Positions 26,152 to 35,843 of a DNA stretch of 44,863 nt are shown piece by piece. The stretch spans positions 1-44,863 of the forward strand of contig JANOIJ010000203.1 in NCBI GenBank assembly GCA_031407575.1. Direction: 5' to 3'. Each line of letters opens with the position of its first letter. The first letter of the stretch is position 1. The notes below the pieces were generated by a model that saw nothing but the letters and a program-made list of their open reading frames with translations, was not told the DNA's origin and made no database searches. The stretch comes from Gemmatimonadaceae bacterium (GTDB taxonomy: Bacteria > Gemmatimonadota > Gemmatimonadetes > Gemmatimonadales > Gemmatimonadaceae). The translations under genes were made by a program, and so were the position numbers.

Positions 26152-27138
26152 ATGCGTGCCAAGCTCGCGATCATGATGTCCCTGCTCCTCGCCGCGTGTG
26201 CCGGGGACGGTGTAACCCCGCCAGTCGAGGGAGCGCCCTCTCGACTCCCAACACCTGAGGCGCGGGCAGACAATGCCCTGTCGAAAGGCGCCGGCAAGCT
26301 GGTCGTCTGGGGCGAAAACACGGCGCGACAGATCACTGACGCCCCGGCGGGTACCCGCGTCGGGGCGCTCGCGGTCGGTGGGCCACAACAGGGCCTCGTC
26401 CTTCGCGAGGATGGTTCACTCCAGCTGTGGGGCACCGGAGCCGTGCCGCCGATTCCGCCCTCGCTTGTCGGCGAGCGCTTCGAGTCGGCGCACCTTTCCC
26501 TGACGTACCTCTATGCGGTCCGCACTAACAACTCCGTCGAGACGGTCGGGAAGTTCACAGACAGGGATAGTACGCCGGCAAATCCGCCCGCCGGCTTGCG
26601 CGTAAAGGGCATCGCGGGCGGCGGTGCGTTCGGCGTGGCGATCACCAGGAATGGCGATCTCGAGACGTGGGGCCCTGGCGCGGGTGGGATTACTCCGCCG
26701 ACAGGAAAGTTCATCCGGGTGTCGGCGCGCTCCGGCTATGCCCTCGCGCTCCGCAAGGACGGAACGCTCTTCGGATGGGGCCTCTTCTCGTCGCCTCTTC
26801 AGTTGTTGGGATGGAAGAGCGACGACAACGGACACTACTACGTGCCGGGCGAGACGTTCGCTGCCATCAGCGCCGGGAACAGGCACATCATGGCACTCCG
26901 CGCGGACGGAAGCGTCGTGGCGTGGGGCCCAAACGCGTTCCGCGAGAATGATGCGCCCGCGGGCGTTCGCTTTGCGGCGATCGCCGCTGGTTTCGAGTTC
27001 AGCCTAGGCCTGGACCAGAATGGGTACATCCACCACTGGGGCGATGCATCGGGGGGCAAGGGCGCGGTGCCACTTGGCCGCTTCGTGTCCATTGCCGCGG
27101 CTGCGAGGCACGGCTCGGCCATCGCGGCGGAACCCTGA
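26152..27138 (+). CDS. Lipoprotein with RCC1-like beta-propeller repeats
   Basis: There is a lipoprotein signal (MMSLLLAACAG). Repeated blades of the form ...G.....ALR.DGS...WG... recur about 6-7 times. AGGAGG lies 7 nt upstream of the ATG. Confidence 0.7.
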   Translation: MRAKLAIMMSLLLAACAGDGVTPPVEGAPSRLPTPEARADNALSKGAGKLVVWGENTARQITDAPAGTRVGALAVGGPQQGLVLREDGSLQLWGTGAVPPIPPSLVGERFESAHLSLTYLYAVRTNNSVETVGKFTDRDSTPANPPAGLRVKGIAGGGAFGVAITRNGDLETWGPGAGGITPPTGKFIRVSARSGYALALRKDGTLFGWGLFSSPLQLLGWKSDDNGHYYVPGETFAAISAGNRHIMALRADGSVVAWGPNAFRENDAPAGVRFAAIAAGFEFSLGLDQNGYIHHWGDASGGKGAVPLGRFVSIAAAARHGSAIAAEP

Positions 27139-27152
27139 GTAGCACGTCGCGA

Positions 27153-27180
27153 GGGCGCTCGGCCCACCGGTCGAGCGCCC
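27153..27180 (+). terminator. GC-rich hairpin (GGGCGCTCG-N10-CGAGCGCCC) downstream of the RCC1-like gene
   Basis: A perfect 9-bp stem lies 15 nt after the stop. There is no U-tract, which is common in high-GC genomes. Confidence 0.4.
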
Positions 27181-27323
27181 CCGCGACCAGCGGCGTGCGC
27201 AACGAGCGTGGCGTGTTTCGGGGTTTTCCTCCGCGTCTCCTGATGCGCCATCGAATGCAGGCGGCATGCGCAGCCACCAACACCACCACGAGCAGCCTCG
27301 GCTGCCTTTACAGGAGTGGGCCA

Positions 27324-28094
27324 ATGATGCGAACACGCCAATACATCAGCGCTGCGATGACGATGACCATTGCAACGAGCGCGCTGCTCAGCTGTTCCGA
27401 CACCACGACACCGGACCATGGTGGCACCTTTTACGGCCCGGTGGTCACGCTGGCGAATGGCAGCGGACACACCTACGTCACGCTCGACGGTGCGGGAGCA
27501 CCCACGGAGCTCGGCGTCGCGTTTACGGAAGCATCCCTCGTCGGCCTGGCGAACGCGCACACGGAGTTCGTGTTCCCGCTGCCGGCGCAGGCGTCGGCCA
27601 CCGCGTTCAAGCACGCGGTCATCAACTGGATGCCGATGGGCCACGCGCCCGCGATGGTCTACAGCGTCCCGCACTTCGACGTGCACTTCTACACCATCTC
27701 GAACGCCGAGCGGATGGCCATTGTGCTCGGAGATCCGGGGCTCGACGCGAAGATGGCGCGGCATCCCGCGCCGGAGTTCGTGCCCGCAGGGTACGCGCCG
27801 GGCGTGGGCAGCGCCGGGATGGGTCTGCACTGGAACGATCCATCGGCGCCGGAACGCAGCGGCGCACCATTCACGACGACGTTCATCTACGGCTCGTACG
27901 ACGGTGCACTCACGTTTGCCGAGCCGATGATCGCGAAGAGCTACCTCGAGACGAAGCCGTCCCCGGTGGTGCTCCCGCTCAAGCTACCCGCGAAATACTC
28001 GGCGCCTGGCTACCACCCGACCTCCTACACCGTCGGGTACGACACGAGCGCGAAGGAGTATCGCATCGCGCTCTCCGGCCTCGTGCTGCGCTAG
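27324..28094 (+). CDS. Hypothetical lipoprotein
   Basis: ATG at 27324 with AGGAG 8 nt upstream. The signal peptide and lipobox are TIATSALLSCSD. No motif recognised. Confidence 0.6.
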   Translation: MMRTRQYISAAMTMTIATSALLSCSDTTTPDHGGTFYGPVVTLANGSGHTYVTLDGAGAPTELGVAFTEASLVGLANAHTEFVFPLPAQASATAFKHAVINWMPMGHAPAMVYSVPHFDVHFYTISNAERMAIVLGDPGLDAKMARHPAPEFVPAGYAPGVGSAGMGLHWNDPSAPERSGAPFTTTFIYGSYDGALTFAEPMIAKSYLETKPSPVVLPLKLPAKYSAPGYHPTSYTVGYDTSAKEYRIALSGLVLR

Positions 28095-28139
28095 GCACGT
28101 CCCCGATCGCCACGCCAAGCCACTCAAAGGAGGTGTACG

Positions 28140-29657
28140 ATGTCTGGTCGCATTCATAGTCCGTGGGGTCGCGCACCATCGCGCGGCATGCTCGCAGTCA
28201 TTGCCACAACCATGTTGCTTGCCTGCGGCGGGGACCTGGGGCCAACCGCCAGCCGGCAGACCCCCACCCAAGTGAATCCGGTCCGCATCGACGTGTCTCC
28301 AACGGCGCTGAGCCTTGCCGTGGGCGGCAATGGACGGCTCTCGGCGCGAGCCGTTGATGCCAGCAGCCGAGAGGTCATCGCGTCATTCGCGTGGTCCGCC
28401 GCCGACCCTGCCGTCGCGACCGTGAACGCGAGCGACGGCACCGTGACGGCGCTGTCCGCCGGAACCACCACGGTGACGGCCACGGCGGGAACACTGAGCG
28501 CGACGGCAATCGTGTTGGTACGGCCGCCGGATCCCCCTGTCGGAATCTCCATCTCGCTGTCTGCGTTGAGCCTCTTCGGCGGCGGTACGGAGCGATTGAC
28601 CGCACACGCGTACGACTCCACCGGGCGGGTGATTGCGGACATGGCCGTCGAGTGGTCGTCCGCCGATCCGCGCATAGCCACCGTCGGCGTCAGCGACGGC
28701 CTTGTCACCGCGATCTCCGTGGGCACAACGACGATCACCGCTGTGGCGGGAGCGTTCTACGCTGTTTCGACAGTATCCGTCATTCCGGCGCCCAGCGCTT
28801 CCTTCGCATTCACGCGCGTGACGTCGCTGAGCGACGGAAGCTTCCGCTCCGACGTGCTCTCGCGCTCCGTTGGCGATCGCACGATGCGGCCGCTCCCGCG
28901 CCCCAACCAGTTCACGTCGATCGCTGCGCCCGCGTGGTCACGCGATGGCGGACAGTTGGTCGTTGAGGTGGTGCACCGGTTCGAGCAGGGATGCCCGTGG
29001 GTGGACTACTCGAGTGACCTGTATGTCGTGAGCGCGGCAGCGCCAGGCAACTCGCCATGGCGCGCGCTGACCACGAATGGCCTGAGCAAGTCGCCGAGTT
29101 GGTCGCCGGATGGCCAGCGAATCGCCTTTGCACAGCAATCGTCGATGTTTTCCAGGACGGCCATCTTCGTCATCGACGCCGCCGGCGGCGTGCCCATTCG
29201 CGTGACGCCGACGGACGGGTGGTACACCAATCCACGCTGGTCGCCCGATGGCTCTCGCCTCGCGTTTTCGGTATGGGAAGGCGAAAACTTCGACAACTCC
29301 GAAGTCTACGTCGTCAACGTCGATGGTAGTGGCTTGACCAACGTCACGCAAAGCCCCGCGTACGACGCGGACCCGGACTGGTCGCCGGATGGCGCGCAAC
29401 TCGTGTTCGTGAGCGATCGTGACCAAACCGCCTACCATTCGAACGTGTTCGTCGTCGATGCCAACGGTCGCAACGTCAGGCGGCTCTCATCGCGCGCCGA
29501 TTACAGCGCCACACCATCGTGGTCGCCCGATGGACGGCACATCCTCTTCAACTCCGGGGGTTCGCTGTTCATGATGAACGCCAATGGTTCATCGATGGTG
29601 CGGCTCACCACGCCTCCGCTCCACTCATGGGACATTGCTCCCGTGTGGACTCGCTGA
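28140..29657 (+). CDS. Lipoprotein with two Ig-like (BIG2) domains and a TolB-like (PD40/WD40-like) beta-propeller
   Basis: The lipobox is MLLACGG. There are two repeats of ...ATV..SDGTVTALSAGTTTVTA.. (Big_2-like). The C-terminus has repeated SWSPDG.R.AF and W/YSPDG blades (PD40). Confidence 0.8.
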   Translation: MSGRIHSPWGRAPSRGMLAVIATTMLLACGGDLGPTASRQTPTQVNPVRIDVSPTALSLAVGGNGRLSARAVDASSREVIASFAWSAADPAVATVNASDGTVTALSAGTTTVTATAGTLSATAIVLVRPPDPPVGISISLSALSLFGGGTERLTAHAYDSTGRVIADMAVEWSSADPRIATVGVSDGLVTAISVGTTTITAVAGAFYAVSTVSVIPAPSASFAFTRVTSLSDGSFRSDVLSRSVGDRTMRPLPRPNQFTSIAAPAWSRDGGQLVVEVVHRFEQGCPWVDYSSDLYVVSAAAPGNSPWRALTTNGLSKSPSWSPDGQRIAFAQQSSMFSRTAIFVIDAAGGVPIRVTPTDGWYTNPRWSPDGSRLAFSVWEGENFDNSEVYVVNVDGSGLTNVTQSPAYDADPDWSPDGAQLVFVSDRDQTAYHSNVFVVDANGRNVRRLSSRADYSATPSWSPDGRHILFNSGGSLFMMNANGSSMVRLTTPPLHSWDIAPVWTR

Positions 29658-29703
29658 GCCATGGTGGCTCGCATCCGCGGGGCCCGCCGCCTAACGTTCC
29701 CGC

Positions 29704-31488
29704 ATGAGCGAAGACGCCGCCTCCTTTGTGCGAGGCATGTTCGCGGGCGAGATCCACGACGATCTCCTCTTCCCGTTCCCCGCCGCGCTGCACGAGCGCG
29801 ATCCGGACGAAGCCCGCACCGTCCGCCGCCTCCTCGCGGACCTGCACCGCATGAGCCAGGGCCTCATCGACTCCGCGCGATTCGACGAAGAGGAGACGAT
29901 TCCCGAGGACGTCATCGCCGCGCTCGCGTCGACCGGTTTCCTGGGACTCAGTATCCCGCGCGAATTCGGGGGACTCGGCCTCTCGTCCGCCGCGTACGCG
30001 CACGTCTTCGGTGCGCTCTCCAGTCTCGACGCCTCACTCGGCGTCCTCGTAGGCGTGCATTGCGGGCTGGGCTCCAAGGCCATCGTGCTGTTCGGTACGG
30101 ACGATCAGAAGGCGCGCTACCTGCCGATGCTCGCACGTGGCGACACGCTCGCCGCGTACGCGCTCACGGAGCCCGAGACAGGCTCCGACGCGCAGCACAT
30201 CGTCACGCGCGCAGAACGCAACGACGACGGGAGCTTCACGCTCACTGGCCGCAAGCACTGGATCGGCAACGGGCATCGCGCGGGCGTCATCGCGACCTTC
30301 GCGCAGACCGCCGTCGAGCGCGACGGCAAGACTGTCATGCGGCCCACCGCGTTCATCATCCGCCCGGACATGCCCGGTTTCAGCGTAGCGGGCACCGTCC
30401 GCAAGCTCGGCATCCGCGGCTCGACGCAAGCGGAGCTCGTCTACCACAACCTGCGCGTGCCGGCGGATCACGTGCTCGGCACGATGGGCAAGGGATTCGG
30501 TGTCGCGGTGCGCGTGCTCAACGGCGGGCGCCTCACGCTGGCCGCCGGGTGCACCGCCGGGACGAAGTCGTTGCTGAAGCACATGGTCGAGTTCGCGGAG
30601 AACCGCGTGCAATTCGGCAAGCCGATTGCCGACTTCGAGATCACGCAGCGCAAGCTCGCGCGAACGGCGAGCGACCTCTACGCCGCCGATGCGATGCTCG
30701 GCGAGCTCTCGCGTCTCGCCGGTGCGCCCGATGGCGAGTACGCGCTGGAGGCAGCGTGCTGCAAGGTGTTCGCGAGCGAGATGCTCTGGCGCGCGGCGGA
30801 CGAGATGGTGCAGGTCGCAGGCGGACGCGGCTTCGTGAAGCCCTATCCGTATGAACGCTTGCTGCGCGACGCGCGCATCAACCGGATCTTCGAGGGAACG
30901 AACGAGATCCTGCGCCTCTTCATCTCGTTGAACGGCATTCATGGACCGGCGGAATACCTCAAGGAGCTCGGTGTGGCGCTACGCGATCCGTTGCGCAACC
31001 TCGGATTGCTCTCGGAGTACGCGGTGTCACGCCTCGCGAGTCGCTTCGGTGCCACGCCAACGCTGGACGTCGATCTCCACGAGCGACTCACGCCGCACAA
31101 GGAACACTTCGAGAAGCACGTGGCCGAGCTCAAGGATGCATCGGAACGACTCATCCGCGAATACCGCGAGGCGATCGTGGACCGGCAGCAGGAACTCGAG
31201 CGCCTGAGCGACATGGCCATCGAGATGTTCGCCACGGCGTGCACGCTCGCGCGCACGCAGCGCCTGCTCCACGAGCGCGACGAGAGCGGCTGCACGCGCG
31301 AACTGGATCTCTGCGACTTGTTCGTCGTCGAGTCGGGGCGCCGCTTCCGTGCGGCTCGCGGTGCGCTCCAATCCAGGCAGGACGAGGGCCGCCGCGCCGT
31401 GGCGCGCGGCGTGCGTGACGCCGGCGGATATGGTGTGCCGAGCGCCATCCTGCCCGACGACGATTCCGTCCCCACACACACAGCGTGA
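29704..31488 (+). CDS. Acyl-CoA dehydrogenase, long form (VLCAD/ACAD9-like with C-terminal extension)
   Basis: 594 aa. The ACAD N-terminal and middle domains carry AYALTEPETGSDA..., and the C-terminal catalytic region carries QVAGGRGFVKPYPYERLLRDARINRIFEGTNEI. Confidence 0.88.
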   Translation: MSEDAASFVRGMFAGEIHDDLLFPFPAALHERDPDEARTVRRLLADLHRMSQGLIDSARFDEEETIPEDVIAALASTGFLGLSIPREFGGLGLSSAAYAHVFGALSSLDASLGVLVGVHCGLGSKAIVLFGTDDQKARYLPMLARGDTLAAYALTEPETGSDAQHIVTRAERNDDGSFTLTGRKHWIGNGHRAGVIATFAQTAVERDGKTVMRPTAFIIRPDMPGFSVAGTVRKLGIRGSTQAELVYHNLRVPADHVLGTMGKGFGVAVRVLNGGRLTLAAGCTAGTKSLLKHMVEFAENRVQFGKPIADFEITQRKLARTASDLYAADAMLGELSRLAGAPDGEYALEAACCKVFASEMLWRAADEMVQVAGGRGFVKPYPYERLLRDARINRIFEGTNEILRLFISLNGIHGPAEYLKELGVALRDPLRNLGLLSEYAVSRLASRFGATPTLDVDLHERLTPHKEHFEKHVAELKDASERLIREYREAIVDRQQELERLSDMAIEMFATACTLARTQRLLHERDESGCTRELDLCDLFVVESGRRFRAARGALQSRQDEGRRAVARGVRDAGGYGVPSAILPDDDSVPTHTA

Positions 31489-32132
31489 TGCGCATCTACG
31501 ACATCTCGATCTCCCTCCGCTCCGGCGGCGTGGTCTACCCCGGCAATCCACCCATTTCCATCACCGCGCAGCAGGCCATCTCGCAAGGCGATGGCGCCAA
31601 TGTTTCGCGACTGGACTTCGGGTCGCACACGGGCACGCATGTGGACGCGCCCAAGCACTTCTTCGACGACGGCGCAGGCGTGGACGTCATGTCGCTCGAC
31701 GTCCTGATGGGTCCAGCGCGGTTGCTCGAGTTCTCCGACGCGGTGCTGAGTATCGGCGAAGCCGAGTTGCGCGCGCACGACCTCGCGGGCGTCACGCGGC
31801 TGCTGCTCAAGACGCGCAACTCGGCGTGGCTCGCGAGCGGCACCTCGGAGTTTCACGTCGACTACACGTACCTCGCTCCTGACGGCGCGGCGTATCTCGC
31901 GTCGCTCGGCGTGCAGCTCGTCGGTGTGGACTACCTCTCGGTGGAGCAGTTCCACTCGGGACACCATCGCACGCATCGCACGCTGCTCGAGCGCGGCATC
32001 GTGATCGTGGAGGGCTTGCTGTTGAGCGAGCCGCCCGCGGGTGACTACGAGTTGCGCTGCCTGCCGATCAAGATCGCGGGCCTCGACGGCGCGCCGGCGC
32101 GCGCGGTGCTGGTCTCCACTCTAGCGGAGTGA
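31485..32132 (+). CDS. Cyclase-family protein (kynurenine formamidase-like)
   Basis: 215 aa with the cyclase signature (SHTGTHVDAPKHFFDDG). The start overlaps the ACAD stop (ATGA). Confidence 0.8.
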   Translation: MMRIYDISISLRSGGVVYPGNPPISITAQQAISQGDGANVSRLDFGSHTGTHVDAPKHFFDDGAGVDVMSLDVLMGPARLLEFSDAVLSIGEAELRAHDLAGVTRLLLKTRNSAWLASGTSEFHVDYTYLAPDGAAYLASLGVQLVGVDYLSVEQFHSGHHRTHRTLLERGIVIVEGLLLSEPPAGDYELRCLPIKIAGLDGAPARAVLVSTLAE

Positions 32133-32136
32133 TCGC

Positions 32137-33732
32137 GTGACCCTCTCTCCCAAGGTGCCAAGTCGGCCCACGAGCCAGTTTGGCGTGCTGGGCCACCGCG
32201 CCGAGCGCGCCGACCAGTGCACGATGGTGATCTTCGGCGCGACTGGCGACCTCACGAAGCGCAAGCTGTTCCCCGCCCTCTATGAGCTGGCCGCTGCGCA
32301 CCTGCTCGCGCCGGGCTTTGCGGTGTTGGCTGTGGGACGCGATGCCACCGAGACAGACCAGACGTTCCGCGACAAGATGCACGCGGCGATCGAGGACTCG
32401 GACGAGGTGAAAAGCGTGGACGAGGACGTGTGGGATTGGCTGGCGCAGCGCACGTTCTACTCTGGCGGCGACGCGAGCGACGATTCCGCGTACGGGGGCA
32501 TCAAGACGCGTCTCGCGGAGATCGAGGCGTCGCGCCCCGAGGAAAGCCGCAACCGCTTCTTCTATCTCGCCGTGCCGCCCAGTGTTTTCGAGCCGATCGT
32601 GCGGCACCTGTCGTCGAGCGGCCTCGTGCCGAAGCACGACGACCCGAACTCGCTGCCATGGGCGCGCGTCGTCGTCGAGAAGCCGTTCGGCCACAGCCTC
32701 GAAACCGCCCTCGCGCTGAACGCGCTCGTGCTCTCGCTCTTCGCCGAGCATCAGGTGTATCGCATCGATCATTTCCTGGGCAAGGAGACCGTCCAGAACG
32801 TGCTCGTGCTGCGATTCGCCAATTCGATCTTCGAGCCGCTCTGGAACCGGCGATGGATCTCTCATGTCCAGATCACCGCGGCGGAGTCGGTGGGCGTGGA
32901 GGCGCGCGGCAAGTATTACGAGGAGGCCGGCGTTGTCCGCGACATGTTCCAGAACCACCTGCTCCAGCTGCTCGCGCTCACCGCCATGGAACCCCCGCCG
33001 AGCATGACGGCAGACGCCGTGCGCGACGAGAAGGTGAAGGTGTTGAAGTCGGTACGCTGGCTGACGCCGGAGACCATCCCGACGAGCGCCGTGCGCGCGC
33101 AGTATGCCGCCGGTGCGGTGAACGACAATCTCGTGGCGGGCTATCGCGACGAGCCTGACGTCGCACGCGATTCGCCGACGCCGACATACGCTGGCGTGCG
33201 CCTGCACATCGACAACTGGCGGTGGAAGGGCGTTCCCTTCTATCTCCGCAGCGGCAAGCGGCTGAGAAGGCGCTATTCCGAGATCGCAGTGGAGTTCCAG
33301 TCGCCACCGCACTTGATGTTCGGCGGTGAGGGCACGAGCCGCTCGCTCCCGCCCAACGTCCTGGTGATGCGCGTACAGCCCAACGAGGGAATCTCGCTGA
33401 ACTTCGAGGTGAAGGTGCCAGGCGCCGCGGTCGCGCTCACGGAGCACCTCGAGGTGGCGCCGGTGGACATGGACTTCAGCTATGCCGAGGCGTTCGGCGA
33501 GACGGCGGCGCCGGCATACGAGACGCTGCTGCTCGACGTGATGATCGGCGAGATGACGCTCTTCACGCGCAGCGATGAAGTGGAAGCCGCGTGGAAGATC
33601 GTCGACCCGCTGCTCCACTACTGGGAGACGCACTCGGCCCATCCGATGCCGACGTATGCGGCGGGAAGTTGGGGACCGGCGGAGGCGGACCGCCTCATCT
33701 CGCTCGATGGCGCGCGGTGGCGGACTCCCTGA
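32137..33732 (+). CDS. zwf: Glucose-6-phosphate 1-dehydrogenase
   Basis: Carries G6PD motifs (IFGATGDLTKRKL, EKPFGHSLETA, RIDHFLGKE). GTG start at 32137, 4 nt after the cyclase stop. An internal start at the M in CTMVIFGATGD is possible. Confidence 0.9.
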   Translation: MTLSPKVPSRPTSQFGVLGHRAERADQCTMVIFGATGDLTKRKLFPALYELAAAHLLAPGFAVLAVGRDATETDQTFRDKMHAAIEDSDEVKSVDEDVWDWLAQRTFYSGGDASDDSAYGGIKTRLAEIEASRPEESRNRFFYLAVPPSVFEPIVRHLSSSGLVPKHDDPNSLPWARVVVEKPFGHSLETALALNALVLSLFAEHQVYRIDHFLGKETVQNVLVLRFANSIFEPLWNRRWISHVQITAAESVGVEARGKYYEEAGVVRDMFQNHLLQLLALTAMEPPPSMTADAVRDEKVKVLKSVRWLTPETIPTSAVRAQYAAGAVNDNLVAGYRDEPDVARDSPTPTYAGVRLHIDNWRWKGVPFYLRSGKRLRRRYSEIAVEFQSPPHLMFGGEGTSRSLPPNVLVMRVQPNEGISLNFEVKVPGAAVALTEHLEVAPVDMDFSYAEAFGETAAPAYETLLLDVMIGEMTLFTRSDEVEAAWKIVDPLLHYWETHSAHPMPTYAAGSWGPAEADRLISLDGARWRTP

Positions 33733-33733
33733 G

Positions 33734-34252
33734 TTGAGGGGCATCATCGGATTTGCTGTCGGGCGGCGCGCACTGCTCGACGAGTGGCTCGTGGCCTGCG
33801 CGGTGCTCGCCCCGGCGGGGTGCCTCGTCGTCGCCGCGTGGACGTTCCAGGAAACAGGGTCGTGGGGCGCGGTGAAGTTTTTCGTGCTCTACGCGCTGCC
33901 GCTCTTCGCCGCAGCGCCGTTGTGGGCGCGCACGCGGCTCGCGATCATCGAGCAGCTGTCGTGGTTCACGCTCGGCATGGACGCGAGCGTGCTGGTGCTG
34001 TCTGTCGCGCGCTTCGCGGCGTCCGAGATCTTTCCGTTCTCGGGGCACATGTTGTTCCTCACCTACACGCTGCTCACGTCGCGCGTGCGCTGGTATCGCA
34101 TCCTTGTTACCGTGCTCATCATTGAGACGTCGGTCTTCAAGCTGCTCTGGCGCGACCAGCGGTCGTGGGCGCTCGGCCTGGGGCTGGGTCTCCTGGCCGC
34201 GGTCGCGGTGATGGTGCAGCAGCGCAGCACGGTGGTTGGTCGCAGCGAGTAG
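33734..34252 (+). CDS. Hypothetical integral membrane protein
   Basis: A hydrophobic ORF of about 4 TM beginning immediately after the zwf stop. The start codon is uncertain (TTG at 33734, or a later GTG). Confidence 0.4.
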   Translation: MRGIIGFAVGRRALLDEWLVACAVLAPAGCLVVAAWTFQETGSWGAVKFFVLYALPLFAAAPLWARTRLAIIEQLSWFTLGMDASVLVLSVARFAASEIFPFSGHMLFLTYTLLTSRVRWYRILVTVLIIETSVFKLLWRDQRSWALGLGLGLLAAVAVMVQQRSTVVGRSE

Positions 34253-34306
34253 GTCCCTCCCTGCCGTCGCGCATGTCGCTTCGGCCGTCTCTCCTAATAC
34301 AAGCCC

Positions 34307-35272
34307 TTGCCGACGTCAGCGACATTCCCCCGCGCCGTTGTGCTGTGCTGCGTGCTGCACGCCACCGTCGCTCCCGCGCAATCAGCCGTGCGCATTCGCG
34401 CCGACAACGATGCGTACAATTTCTGGCAGCCACCGTGGGACCGGCCGGACGAGGAGTACTCGAACGGCGTGCGAGTCTCGAGCGACTTTCGCGGTCCCGC
34501 ACTGTGGTCCGCGCTCGCGCCGCGCTGGCTGGGCCGCCGCGACACCAGTCGCGCAAACGAGCAGCGCGTGTCGAGCTCGTGGACGCTGGGCCAGGACATG
34601 TTCACGGCCTCGCGACGCATCAGCGATCCCATCGCACCAGCGGGCGCGCGGCCCAACGCCGGTGTGCTCTGGGTGCAGAATGCCGAGCGACGCGTCAGCT
34701 CGGATCGCATGACGGAGGGCAGCGTGACCATCGGTGTCACGGGTGAACCGTCGCTGGCGTCCTCGGTCCAGCGGATCGTGCATGGCTACACCGCCGCGTG
34801 GCAGCGGCCCATCGACTGGTCGCACCAGGTTCCGTTCGAGCCGTTGGTCAACGTGGCATACGACGAGCATCGGCGCGTGGCGGTGCGCGCGATGCATCTC
34901 CAGCCGCATGCTGGCGTTTCGCTCGGCAACCTGCTCACGGAAGCTCGGGCGGGTGTTGGCATGCACACGGGCTGGAACATGACTCACCCGTGGATGCCGG
35001 CGGCGGCGGTGCAGGACTACGAAGTCGCGGTGATCGCCGATGCGACGTTGCGCGCCGTTGCCTGGAACGGCACTTTGTCGGGCAACCTGTTTCGACCGAG
35101 CGCACGGATGACGCTGCGGCCGCTCGTCCCCGAGCTGCAGTTCGGCGTGTCTGTGCGCGCACGACGCGCGACGATCTCGTACCTCGTCCATCAGCGTGGT
35201 GCCGAGTACCTGGGGCGTTCGCGGGCGCATTGGTGGTCGCAGATCCAGACGCAGTGGCAGTTCGCAAGGTGA
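34307..35272 (+). CDS. Putative outer-membrane beta-barrel protein, possibly LpxR-like lipid A deacylase family (DUF2219)
   Basis: TTG start with a signal-peptide-like N-terminus (AVVLCCVLHATVAPAQS). It begins RADNDAYNF, with alternating amphipathic strands and a C-terminal aromatic residue. The family assignment is from memory and is weak. Confidence 0.5.
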   Translation: MPTSATFPRAVVLCCVLHATVAPAQSAVRIRADNDAYNFWQPPWDRPDEEYSNGVRVSSDFRGPALWSALAPRWLGRRDTSRANEQRVSSSWTLGQDMFTASRRISDPIAPAGARPNAGVLWVQNAERRVSSDRMTEGSVTIGVTGEPSLASSVQRIVHGYTAAWQRPIDWSHQVPFEPLVNVAYDEHRRVAVRAMHLQPHAGVSLGNLLTEARAGVGMHTGWNMTHPWMPAAAVQDYEVAVIADATLRAVAWNGTLSGNLFRPSARMTLRPLVPELQFGVSVRARRATISYLVHQRGAEYLGRSRAHWWSQIQTQWQFAR

Positions 35273-35436
35273 GCCTTGTTGCGCGCGGAAAACGGCGAGC
35301 GGCGTAGCGCGCGCTGCACTGACGGTTCGCCAAGGCTGCGGTCTGAGTGTGGTCTGCGCCGCGTGGGATAGCGGCACGTGGAGGTGGTCGGCGCGCCGCC
35401 ATGGTGTTTCGCCGCGAGCAGGCGCAGGATTCACGC

Positions 35437-35829
35437 ATGCGCAAAGCCGTCATCGCACGAGATGCGCCGCGGGACGAGGCCACGTTGTCCGCGGCCCTGC
35501 ACTCGCTCGCGCTTTCACACCTGCCGTCGCAGTTCTACCTCGGCCTCCAACTCGCGCTGCCGGCGGCAGTGCAGTTCTGGGCGTGGGGATGGCATCGCAG
35601 CGCGGGATGCATGGTGGTGGCGAGCGCATTCGGCATCTGGGCACTGGGCGAGCAGGCGCTGGACCAGGCCGGCGACACGACGATGGGCAACGGGCCGCCT
35701 GGGCGACTCGCGCGCGCCGTGCACTGGACGTCGGGGCTTGTCGCTGGCGGGTTGACGGCGGTGCTGCTGCTCGATCTCGTGCTGCGGTTTCTCGGCGTGG
35801 TGTTCAAGTGCCCGGGATGCGCGGGATAG
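35437..35829 (+). CDS. Hypothetical small membrane protein
   Basis: Start at MRKAVIARD within ORF 35347..35829. It has two hydrophobic segments and a C-terminal CPGC. The start is uncertain. Confidence 0.35.
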   Translation: MRKAVIARDAPRDEATLSAALHSLALSHLPSQFYLGLQLALPAAVQFWAWGWHRSAGCMVVASAFGIWALGEQALDQAGDTTMGNGPPGRLARAVHWTSGLVAGGLTAVLLLDLVLRFLGVVFKCPGCAG

Positions 35830-35843
35830 AGTCTCGGGATCAC

